Shown here one piece after another: positions 17,361-25,370 of a stretch of DNA of 32,000 bases (position 1 is the stretch's first letter; each line of letters starts with the position of its first letter). Under the pieces are notes generated by a model, which saw only the letters and a list, made by a program, of their open reading frames with translations, made no database searches and was not told the DNA's origin. Source of the DNA: Candidatus Iainarchaeum sp. (GTDB taxonomy: Archaea > Iainarchaeota > Iainarchaeia > Iainarchaeales > 0-14-0-20-30-16). The position numbers were made by a program, and so were the translations under genes. Where the stretch lies: positions 30,001 through 62,000 of the forward strand of contig JAQTTP010000002.1 of assembly GCA_028710695.1 (NCBI GenBank), written 5' to 3'.

Positions 17361-17391
17361 CGTAATCGTGATTATTATAATCACACTTACG
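17361..17391. repeat. 31-nt near-perfect palindrome
   Basis: CGTAA-tc-GTGATTAT-T-ATAATCAC-ac-TTACG; arms pair except 2 positions each side. Confidence 0.7.
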
Positions 17392-17433
17392 ATTTTTACA
17401 AGGGGCCAAAATATGGCGGTTATAATCATAGCC

Positions 17434-17567
17434 TTTATAAACCTCTGCAGTGCCACTGCACACTTTTACCGGTTTTTGTTCACTGGCAGTGCACACTTTT
17501 TTCGTATTCCTAAACCATTTATAAAGGGTTCTACTGACAGTAGAAGCTTTTGTCTATTGCCAATAGA
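17434..17567. promoter_or_regulatory. Two TATA-like boxes each followed 5 nt later by a 13-nt palindrome, plus secondary palindromes
   Basis: TTTATAAA(17434-41)+5 nt+GCAGTG-C-CACTGC(17447-59), then CACTG-G-CAGTG(17481-91); TTTATAAA(17518-25)+5 nt+CTACTG-A-CAGTAG(17531-43), then TCTATTG-C-CAATAGA(17553-67). Confidence 0.5.
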
Positions 17568-17679
17568 AACCCCAAGCCCATTCTTGGCATTAATTTACCC
17601 ATTTTTTGTCAAGTTTGTAGGCAGTCCCTTAAAACAAAGGAATTTGTGGTGGGGGAAAAGAAAGAAGATAAAAAGACGA

Positions 17680-17719
17680 GCAGGGAAAAAAGGGATAAAC
17701 CGCTTTAGTTAGGCAAAAA
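17680..17719. repeat. Interspersed repeat copy 3 (diverged)
   Basis: GCAGGGAAAAAAGGGATAAACCGCTTTAGTTAGGCAAAAA; shares GCAGG, TAAACCGC and GTTAGG blocks with copy 1. Confidence 0.35.
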
Positions 17720-17751
17720 GATAAATAATCCCTACCAGCTAATTATTCAAT

Positions 17752-18165
17752 ATGTTAAAAAATCACCTTTCCGCAAAAGAATTAAACCAAGTTGTAGATT
17801 TAGACAAAGAAGCCCATAAAGAAATTTCATGGTGGAAAAGAACTGGCAAAAAGGATTTCCAGCTTCAAAACAAAGCAATGTTTTTGTATATGATCTATGA
17901 CAAAGACAAGGTTATTGGTTTCATCAGATTATCAGAAGACAAAAGGCGAACCAAACAGAAGACAATATGTATTGAAGACATTTTCATTAAGAAAGAATTT
18001 AGAAAAAGAGGGTATGGAAAGAAAGCACTAAAGAACATAATTTCAGCCCTTAAGAAAGACAAAGTAAAAGTAATAAAAGTCATTGCTCCAAAACAGTTTC
18101 AAAAAAAGCTTTATGAAGCAGTGGGATTTAAGGCCCAATATGTTTGTTTGGATATGAAACTATAA
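17752..18165 (+). CDS. GNAT-family N-acetyltransferase
   Basis: IEDIFIKKEFRKRGYGKKALKNIISALKKDKVKVIKVIAPKQFQKKLYEAVGFKAQ. Confidence 0.88.
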   Translation: MLKNHLSAKELNQVVDLDKEAHKEISWWKRTGKKDFQLQNKAMFLYMIYDKDKVIGFIRLSEDKRRTKQKTICIEDIFIKKEFRKRGYGKKALKNIISALKKDKVKVIKVIAPKQFQKKLYEAVGFKAQYVCLDMKL

Positions 18166-18198
18166 ATTACTCTGTCTTTTAGTTATTTTTAGGAATAA

Positions 18199-19050
18199 TT
18201 ACTTGTTTTCAATAGATAACACTAGATACATAAATGAACCTGTAAGATATAAAATAAATCTGGTTTCTTCACCATAATATTTTTCATTGTGTTTTACATT
18301 TTTGTTTTGATAGTTACAATAATAATTTATTAATTTTGTATATAGTTCTCGTATTTCTACAGACACGCCCTTATCTTTAAGGTAACCCCCAAGACTTTCT
18401 ATTTGGTTTTCTAGAGACTTATCGTTTTTTAATATCTTTTTGAGCAATTGTTCTAATGAAAATCTTAAATCATCCAAAATATTTCGCTCGTCTTTATTGG
18501 TTTCTTGTAGTTTTTTCAAAGCAGATATAAATTGTTTTTGTGACTCAGGATATTTAGTTAGCCACTTTATATCTTGCACCATAATTTCATCTAGCTCTTT
18601 AACCTCCGATGGATACAAAACAATACTATCTGCCAGTTCAACAAAACTAATTTTCAAACCGTTTATTTTTATTGACTTAATTATCAAATCAAAAAAATCA
18701 ACGTAAATTTTACTCCAATATTTATCTTTTTTTTCTTTTTTTAACATAGACAAAAATATCTCTAAACAACGATAAAACTCCAAATAAGAATTGGGGGCAT
18801 CAGAATAGGACAAGTAACTTTTTGACAAATTATGATAAATATGTGTATGGTCTTTAGTTCCAAAGAATGGTACCCTGTATACGATATGCAAATGTCTACA
18901 AAAAAGTTTATCGGCTTCAACAGGGAAAAGATCTGGAAATAAATCATTAAAACCATTTATAACATCCGCCTGAAATGCTGTAAATTTAGAAAAATCGTCT
19001 TTTTTAATTCCAAAACGGTCATTAAAATCAATAGTTAATTTTTCATCCAC
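18199..19050 (-). CDS. Hypothetical protein with Abi-C/HEPN-like C-terminal helical domain
   Basis: C-terminus LRFSLEQLLKKILKNDKSLENQIESLGGYLKD...LYTKLINYYCNYQNKNVKHNEKYYGEETRFILYLTGSFMYLVLSI resembles domains of abortive-infection proteins. Confidence 0.45.
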   Translation of the reverse strand: MDEKLTIDFNDRFGIKKDDFSKFTAFQADVINGFNDLFPDLFPVEADKLFCRHLHIVYRVPFFGTKDHTHIYHNLSKSYLSYSDAPNSYLEFYRCLEIFLSMLKKEKKDKYWSKIYVDFFDLIIKSIKINGLKISFVELADSIVLYPSEVKELDEIMVQDIKWLTKYPESQKQFISALKKLQETNKDERNILDDLRFSLEQLLKKILKNDKSLENQIESLGGYLKDKGVSVEIRELYTKLINYYCNYQNKNVKHNEKYYGEETRFILYLTGSFMYLVLSIENK

Positions 19051-19074
19051 CTTTTATTCACTTCCTCTTTTTGT

Positions 19075-19431
19075 TTAATACTTAATTTGGTTTATTACTT
19101 TGGTTCTTTGGTTTGGGTTGGCAGGGGTTTGGTTTTTAAATCTTAACCACTGCACATAATTAATATAAACTGTAATAAAAATAAAAACTAGTCCAATTTT
19201 TATTAAAATAATAAAAAAATCACTTATATTAGGTTTCAAAAAATAAGAGATCATTTCAAAGACAAGAAGCAACAATGCAACCATTAAAGATGCAATTACA
19301 CTTTGAACTATCTCTTTTTCATAAACAACAAAAAATCTTTTTTCACCCATAGAATAATTATAAAAGTCATCAAAGTTTGACTTTTTAGTTCCTTTTTCTC
19401 CAAAATTGCATAGTTGTTTTTTGTTTGTCAT
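19075..19431 (-). CDS. Small two-TM membrane protein
   Basis: 118 aa with TM segments VIASLMVALLLLVFEMISYFL and FFIILIKIGLVFIFITVYI; start overlaps end of the upstream gene. Confidence 0.6.
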   Translation of the reverse strand: MTNKKQLCNFGEKGTKKSNFDDFYNYSMGEKRFFVVYEKEIVQSVIASLMVALLLLVFEMISYFLKPNISDFFIILIKIGLVFIFITVYINYVQWLRFKNQTPANPNQRTKVINQIKY

Positions 19432-20222
19432 GCGAGATCACTACAAATTATATTTTTTACTTTATCATAATAACTTGAATTACCATTTAGCTTTATTTGC
19501 CTTACTGCACCCAATAAAAAATCTGTTGCAATATGTCCACCAATATAATTATAAGTTTCAACTATCGGAAAACAGTCAAAATCTATTGAATTATAAATAT
19601 GCTCTTTTAGGTACGGATTCTTTTTAGGAATAAATGCACAGCCAGAGGACGTCTCAGACAAATCATCTATTGTCACATAAAACTTATTTGACTTTATTTT
19701 AAAAAAGGCCTTATCCACATTGACATAAAAATTGCTACCCCAGAGATTAGATTTATACAAGGACAAGATTTGTTTTTGGAATACATTTAGCTCTTTGCTA
19801 AAAACAGTTTCTCCAGGTCCAACAGGAGCATAAAAAAACAAGGAATTTTCTAATTTATTAAACTTACTTAAAGATAATTCAATAAAACCAGACAAATTTT
19901 CGTTCAACAAGTCAGAAAAATGCAATTTAGGTAATCTTGAATTTATGCTTGGATAATCACAAAGATATTTTTTGCTAAGGTCTGCAGTAATATTTTTTAT
20001 TTTGTCAGCTTCAGAAGTTAATAACATACCAATGTATTTATCTTTTCCAAAATAGGACTCATCAAAGAACAGATCAACTCTATTATAAGCATCGTTAAAC
20101 TTAATTTTATTTAATCTTTCAACTAAAGATTCATTAACCAACATTAATTTCACGCCCAGTTCTTCTTTATTAATATTAAGAAATATTATGGTGGTTTGCC
20201 TTTTCAGGCAAAGATATTTCAA
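19428..20222 (-). CDS. DUF3800-like (RNase H-fold) hypothetical protein; true start possibly 20144
   Basis: VDLFFDESYFGKDKYIGMLL, KLHFSDLLN, YVTIDDLSE and HIATDFLLGAVRQ fall in the order expected for DUF3800. Confidence 0.45.
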   Translation of the reverse strand: MKYLCLKRQTTIIFLNINKEELGVKLMLVNESLVERLNKIKFNDAYNRVDLFFDESYFGKDKYIGMLLTSEADKIKNITADLSKKYLCDYPSINSRLPKLHFSDLLNENLSGFIELSLSKFNKLENSLFFYAPVGPGETVFSKELNVFQKQILSLYKSNLWGSNFYVNVDKAFFKIKSNKFYVTIDDLSETSSGCAFIPKKNPYLKEHIYNSIDFDCFPIVETYNYIGGHIATDFLLGAVRQIKLNGNSSYYDKVKNIICSDLA

Positions 20223-20964
20223 AAACGATTGGAAAACTAATTTTTCTATAGCTATTTAATTCTTGCAAAGGTATTTTTACTTCTCCAATCTGACAGGTAA
20301 TCAACATTTTTTTTTCTTTTCTTATATCACAATCTATAAAATAGATATGGTTTTTTTCTTCTTTTACAAATACCCCAAATTGTTTTTTTCTGGACTTTAA
20401 GAAGAGTTCTATAATATAAGGGGGCGCAAATTTCCATTTATGGACAAATAAAAGTTCATAGATTACTGCGATTCCAAAAACAAATAATAAAATTATTTTG
20501 CTATCATAAGTTAATATCGGAGAAAGCATCAATGCTATCATTACTACAGACATAACAAAACAGACAATATAGTGAAACCCTTTTATAAAAAAAACCTTGT
20601 GCCGTATATTTTCAAAATTATTGTGGTCTTTTGGCAAAACAAACTTTGATTTTTTTTTGTTAAAAGTTTTGTTCACTGCATAATAAGAGCAGATCATAGA
20701 CGCGCTTTTATCCCATAATTCTTGAACTTTCCTACGATAGTGTTCTCTAAAAACAATAAAAAGGCAATAAATTACAAAACACATATAAACAAAAATTAAA
20801 TACAATTGGCTATCAACTGCATAATATTGCAGATATTTTAAAAACAAATAATTTATTACCAAAGATAAGCAAAAAGGAAAGATCACTAAACTACAATATT
20901 CGGAGAATCGTTCTGTTCCAAATAAATTAAGAATATCATTAATATTAAATTCCACGCCATTCAC
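20176..20964 (-). CDS. Four-TM membrane protein with soluble C-terminal region
   Basis: Hydrophobic segments CSLVIFPFCLSLVINYLFL, YLIFVYMCFVIYCLFIVF, YIVCFVMSVVMIALML, IILLFVFGIAVIYELLF. GTG start 20962-20964. Confidence 0.6.
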   Translation of the reverse strand: MNGVEFNINDILNLFGTERFSEYCSLVIFPFCLSLVINYLFLKYLQYYAVDSQLYLIFVYMCFVIYCLFIVFREHYRRKVQELWDKSASMICSYYAVNKTFNKKKSKFVLPKDHNNFENIRHKVFFIKGFHYIVCFVMSVVMIALMLSPILTYDSKIILLFVFGIAVIYELLFVHKWKFAPPYIIELFLKSRKKQFGVFVKEEKNHIYFIDCDIRKEKKMLITCQIGEVKIPLQELNSYRKISFPIVFEISLPEKANHHNIS

Positions 20965-21053
20965 TTCCTCATCAAACTTTCCTCAATAATCTTTTTTTCT
21001 TCTTCAGTCAGATCATAAAGGTTGTAGACTAATTGATCTATTTCATTATCTAT
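20961..21053 (-). pseudogene. C-terminal remnant of type IIG / PglX / Eco57I-like N6-DNA methyltransferase
   Basis: Open frame with no usable start: IDNEIDQLVYNLYDLTEEEKKIIEESLMRK*. Its TGA overlaps the GTG start of the 20176-20964 gene; in-frame stops lie just upstream. Confidence 0.6.
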
Positions 21054-21161
21054 TCATCCAAAACAGTCTTAAATAATATAGTTACAAAAACATTATAAAT
21101 CAAAACAAATAAACTTGACAAAACCGGTTTGTTTTTATGGTTTTCGTCATGTTATGATTTT

Positions 21162-21833
21162 GTGAAGATTAAAGATTTGCCAGAACAAAACAGACCCAGA
21201 GAAAGATTTTTGAAACAAGGCGCAGAAGCCTTAAGTGATGCAGAGCTTTTCGCAATAATTTTAAGAACAGGAACTATAACTGAAAATGTTATTGATATGT
21301 CCAATAGATTAATTAAAGAGTATGGATTAGACAAATTATTTGAATGTTCATTAAAAGAACTACAAAAAATAAAGGGCATAGGTCCAAGTAAGGCAATGCA
21401 GATTTTAGCAATATCTGAATTAGGAAAAAGGCACAATCAATCAAAAAAAACCCTCAAACAGATTTCTTCAGCAAAAGAGGTTTTTAACCTATTTCATGAA
21501 AGATTAAAAGATGAAAAACAAGAAAACTTTTATGTGTTGATGTTAAATAATAAGAATTATATAATTAAAGAAGAATTAATAACAAAAGGAATTCTTGATT
21601 CCACAATCATACACCCAAGAGAAATTTTCAAACCAGCAATAAAGAATTCTTCTGCAAGAATAATTTTAGTACATAATCACCCTTCTGGAGATCCCGCACC
21701 AAGTGAAGAAGATGTAAAAGTAACACAGCAAATCAAAGAAGCTTCAAAGGTTATAGGCATAGAATTAGCAGATCACATAATTATCGGAACAGACAATTAC
21801 TATAGCTTCAAACAAAAGTCTATAGATTTTTAA
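21162..21833 (+). CDS. radC: RadC-family JAB-domain protein
   Basis: VKIKDLPEQNRPRERFLKQGAEALSDAELFAIILRTG ... IHPREIFKPAIKNSSARIILVHNHPSGDPAPSEEDVKVTQ...LADHIIIG. Track start 21129; canonical start is GTG 21162. Confidence 0.92.
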   Translation: MKIKDLPEQNRPRERFLKQGAEALSDAELFAIILRTGTITENVIDMSNRLIKEYGLDKLFECSLKELQKIKGIGPSKAMQILAISELGKRHNQSKKTLKQISSAKEVFNLFHERLKDEKQENFYVLMLNNKNYIIKEELITKGILDSTIIHPREIFKPAIKNSSARIILVHNHPSGDPAPSEEDVKVTQQIKEASKVIGIELADHIIIGTDNYYSFKQKSIDF

Positions 21834-21840
21834 TTATAAT

Positions 21841-24150
21841 TCATCGTTCTGAAGAAACTTCAAATAAATGCTTTTGGAAATTAATAAAAGTAGCTCTTAT
21901 TTTATTAACACCGCCAAGTAATTCTGTTGCATCAGTTATTGCAAAATATTTAATTTTCAAAAGGTCAGGCAGTTTCTCTTGATCAAGTTCTTCAATACCT
22001 GTTTCAATATATTTAGACAAAACAAATTCTAAAAATTCTTTCTGATTATTATCTAGCGACTTAAATATATTGGATTGCGCATTAGCAACTCTTTTCTCTC
22101 TTGAAATTGGTCTAATTGCAAAAGAAATATATTCTAATACATCAAATATATCACTATTTTCCGCGTTTATTAATTGCTGCAATGTTTTTAATTCATTCAG
22201 CCCATAGCCCGCACTCGCCAATTTATCAAATAAAGATTTCCTAGTTATAGGATTAGACCAAATTTTACGAAGTTCCGGTTCATTTTTAAAAAAACCAGGT
22301 AATTTTCCGTACAGGTTTTGTAAAAACTCTTCTGCAGAAATTGGTTTTCCGTTTGCACCCCAAAATGATGTCTGAATCATATGTTTAATTTCTCTTTCTT
22401 TTCCATCCGCCAGTTTTATTTTTATTTTTTTCTTTTTTGATTCAGCCTCTAACTCACCATCATAGGTTGCAGACGGTTCTTTTATTATTAAAGACTTAGA
22501 ACCACCCTTTGGTGGTTCTGCTGGATCTAAAGGCTCACCATCCCATTCGGGGTCACTAAAATGGTGATAAGCATCAACAAAATCATAAATTGTAAAAAAC
22601 TCTTTCCCATCAAATAATCTTGTGCCACGCCCGACAATTTGTTTAAATTCTATCATTGAATTAATTGGACGCATTAAGATAATATTGCGAATATTTCTTG
22701 CATCAACACCTGTTGAAAGCTTTTGTGAAGTAGTAAGAATTGTAGGAATAGTTTTTTCATTATCTCTAAATTCTGCTAAATATTGATCCCCTAGTTTACC
22801 ATCGTTAGCAGCAACACGCACACAATAATTTGGTTCTTTGCTTTTCTTATATTGATTAATTAGATCCCTTATTGCCTGGGCATGATTTTGATTTGCACAA
22901 AAAACAATTGCTTTTTCCTTTTGATTAATTTCAGATAATAATATCTTTACTCTTTTTGACTCACGTTCTTTAATTTCAATTATTCTATTGAAATCTGATT
23001 CAATATAACGTTTTCCTTGTTCTACTTCACCCTCAATAACTTTATCATCAGAAGTATAAACATAATCATCCAAAGTTGTTTTAATTCTTCTAACCTTAAA
23101 AGGAGTTAAAAAACCGTCATTAATTCCTTCTTTTAATGAATAAATATACACTGGATCTCCGAAATATTTGTAAGTATCTGCATTTTCTTTTCTTTTAGGA
23201 GTAGCGGTTAAACCTAATTGAACTGCGGGAGAGAAATATTCCATTATCGCCCGCCAATTACCTTCATCATTTGCTCCACCTCTATGACATTCATCAATAA
23301 TTATTAAATCAAAATAATCTTTTGGATATTGCCCAAAATAAGGAGTATTATTTGGACCGCTCATGAATGTTTGAAATATTGTAAAAAATATACTGCCATT
23401 TGTTGGCACATGCCCTTTTTTTCTTATTTCTTCTGGTTTAATTCTTATTAAAGCATCTTCTGGAAATGCAGAAAATTCATTAAAGGCTTGATTTGCTAAA
23501 ATATTTCTATCTGTAAGAAATAATATTCTGGGTCTTCTTGCACCATCTTGTTTTAAATTCCAACGTGTTTGAAAAAGTTTCCAAGCAATTTGAAAAGCAA
23601 TAGTTGTTTTTCCTGTTCCTGTTGCAAGCGTTAATAATAATCTATTTTTTCCTTCTGCAATGGCATCTAAAACTTTATTTGTTGCAATCTCTTGATAAAA
23701 TCTAGGGTCATAAATTCCACCTTTAGGAATTGCATTAAATTTTTCTTTCCAGTCATTTTGAACTCTAAAAGTTTTATTCCATAATTCATCTGGTGTTGGA
23801 AATCTTGTTATTAGCCCTTCTTTACCAGTTTCCATATTTATTTGGTAAATCTCTTTCCCATTTGTTGAAAAAGTGAAATCAATGTGTAATTTTTCTGCAT
23901 AATTTTTTGCTTGAGCAACACCTTCTCCAACTTCAAAACAACTTTCTTTAGCCTCAATAACTGCAAGTTTACGCCCTTTATATGACAATACGTAATCTGC
24001 CCTAAGAGGACTAGCCCTTATATTGCCTGTTTGAATTCTACCTAAAGTAATTGGAAAATTTCTGTTAATTTTAGAACCCTCAATTATGCCCCAACCACTT
24101 TCTTTTAATTTTGGGTCAATAAGTTCTGCCCTAGTGTCATCTTCACTCAT
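21841..24150 (-). CDS. hsdR: Type I restriction enzyme R subunit (EcoEI-like)
   Basis: LLTLATGTGKTTIAFQIAWKLF, LIIDECHRGG, QLGLTATPKR, QIVGRGTRLF helicase motifs; N-terminal nuclease ADYVLSYKGRKLAVIEAK. Confidence 0.95.
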   Translation of the reverse strand: MSEDDTRAELIDPKLKESGWGIIEGSKINRNFPITLGRIQTGNIRASPLRADYVLSYKGRKLAVIEAKESCFEVGEGVAQAKNYAEKLHIDFTFSTNGKEIYQINMETGKEGLITRFPTPDELWNKTFRVQNDWKEKFNAIPKGGIYDPRFYQEIATNKVLDAIAEGKNRLLLTLATGTGKTTIAFQIAWKLFQTRWNLKQDGARRPRILFLTDRNILANQAFNEFSAFPEDALIRIKPEEIRKKGHVPTNGSIFFTIFQTFMSGPNNTPYFGQYPKDYFDLIIIDECHRGGANDEGNWRAIMEYFSPAVQLGLTATPKRKENADTYKYFGDPVYIYSLKEGINDGFLTPFKVRRIKTTLDDYVYTSDDKVIEGEVEQGKRYIESDFNRIIEIKERESKRVKILLSEINQKEKAIVFCANQNHAQAIRDLINQYKKSKEPNYCVRVAANDGKLGDQYLAEFRDNEKTIPTILTTSQKLSTGVDARNIRNIILMRPINSMIEFKQIVGRGTRLFDGKEFFTIYDFVDAYHHFSDPEWDGEPLDPAEPPKGGSKSLIIKEPSATYDGELEAESKKKKIKIKLADGKEREIKHMIQTSFWGANGKPISAEEFLQNLYGKLPGFFKNEPELRKIWSNPITRKSLFDKLASAGYGLNELKTLQQLINAENSDIFDVLEYISFAIRPISREKRVANAQSNIFKSLDNNQKEFLEFVLSKYIETGIEELDQEKLPDLLKIKYFAITDATELLGGVNKIRATFINFQKHLFEVSSER

Positions 24151-25370
24151 ACTAATTCCTCTGTAAGTTCCCCTTTAAAGGCTTTCTGTAAAATTGATTT
24201 TTTTAATTCTTCTAAGTCTACTAATTTCTTTTCGTAAATTTCTTCAAGTTTCTGCGTTTCTGATGAAAAAGCATTGAATTTATCAATGAATTTTTGCTGA
24301 TCAATAATGCTTTTTGGAAATGTCATCTTGATGTTTCTGATTAGTGGCATATTAAGACCACGCCTATCATTGTCAGAGTCACTAGTTATTTTGCGAATTT
24401 CCGTATATCTATTATTTAGATTATGATAAATGTATTCGGGTAATATTTTTTTAATATCTTTTGGATAAATGCTAACAAGAGATTGATTGCAAGTTGCTTT
24501 AGTACGTAGCATTGCAACCGTTCCACGAGTTTTACCTTGACCGTTTAATGCAATGATAATAGAATTAATGGGAAGATATTTTGTACTTGAATTATTCATA
24601 CCTAATTCAGTTATACGTCCTTCGCATTCAAAAATTTCTTTGAGATTTACGTCTCCAGAAACTAACCAGTTTATTTTACCCCCTTCAAAATATTCTTTCT
24701 TAGCTCTGCTTGGAGTTCCGCCAGTCATCAGATCACAAATTTCTCCAATACTTCTCTCGTCCCATCCTTCGCCTTTATTTTTAAAAACACGTTGCAAATA
24801 ACTTTCAAAAATCTCTTTTACATTCTTCAAATTATTTTCTATATTTTCTTTTGCTTTTGCAATACTTTCAAATGCTTTGTTTAAAATGGTGACGATACGT
24901 TTTTGTTCGGGAAGGGGTGGAATTGGAATCTCTATTTCTTTGAATTTATTCATAGAAACCCCCCCAATAAGCCCTGCTAGACTTGAAGAGAATTGTTTTT
25001 GAAATGATGAACTAAAATAGTAATAGAATACATAACGACTTTCAATACTTTTATTCACAGCCAATGCAAATAATTTGTTCCCAAAGCAGACGTCTTGGTT
25101 TGTAAATCCAATTTTTTTTCCAGCACTACCGCCCTCTCCACAAATTAAAACAGTATTTTTTGGTGCTATTTTAAATTGTTCTCTCTCTTCAAAAGGTATT
25201 TTAATGCCATTCTCATAATCAATAACATTCTCATAGCTAACATCTTTAGTAGCTATAAAAGGGTACCCTTCATTTACATTTGTATATTTAACTTTCTTAA
25301 CCGCCTCATTTATGCTGTTGCCATTGTATACTTTTCCAATGTCTCCTAACTTCTTAACTTCCCAAGCCAT
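24147..25370 (-). CDS. hsdS: Type I restriction enzyme specificity (S) subunit with two TRDs
   Basis: IPIPPLPEQKRIVTILNKAFESIAKAKENIENNLKN, second TRD GWDERSIGEICDLMTGGTPSRAKKEYFEGGKINWLVSGDV. Confidence 0.95.
   Translation of the reverse strand: MAWEVKKLGDIGKVYNGNSINEAVKKVKYTNVNEGYPFIATKDVSYENVIDYENGIKIPFEEREQFKIAPKNTVLICGEGGSAGKKIGFTNQDVCFGNKLFALAVNKSIESRYVFYYYFSSSFQKQFSSSLAGLIGGVSMNKFKEIEIPIPPLPEQKRIVTILNKAFESIAKAKENIENNLKNVKEIFESYLQRVFKNKGEGWDERSIGEICDLMTGGTPSRAKKEYFEGGKINWLVSGDVNLKEIFECEGRITELGMNNSSTKYLPINSIIIALNGQGKTRGTVAMLRTKATCNQSLVSIYPKDIKKILPEYIYHNLNNRYTEIRKITSDSDNDRRGLNMPLIRNIKMTFPKSIIDQQKFIDKFNAFSSETQKLEEIYEKKLVDLEELKKSILQKAFKGELTEELV

Noticed and set aside
17368-17712. 114-aa plus-strand ORF in track
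   Set aside because: Composition is unlike a folded protein. It runs through the palindromes and the G-rich repeat copy 3, with no recognisable domain. More likely an accidental open frame in non-coding DNA.
17170-17750. Possible CRISPR array
   Set aside because: Repeats and palindromes here are not regularly spaced identical repeats with unique 30-40 nt spacers. Arm units are 10 bp and repeat copies are far apart. No cas genes were recognised in the window.
18199-20964. Assignment of the cassette to a named defence system (e.g. BREX, CBASS, Zorya)
   Set aside because: No nucleotidyltransferase, PglZ/BrxC or MotAB-like partner was recognised. The methylase tail alone cannot support BREX, so only a tentative novel-cassette call is made.
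24147-25370. Phase-variable or recombining hsdS
   Set aside because: Only one hsdS is present. I saw no inverted partial hsdS copy, nearby recombinase or obvious simple-sequence repeat within the gene.
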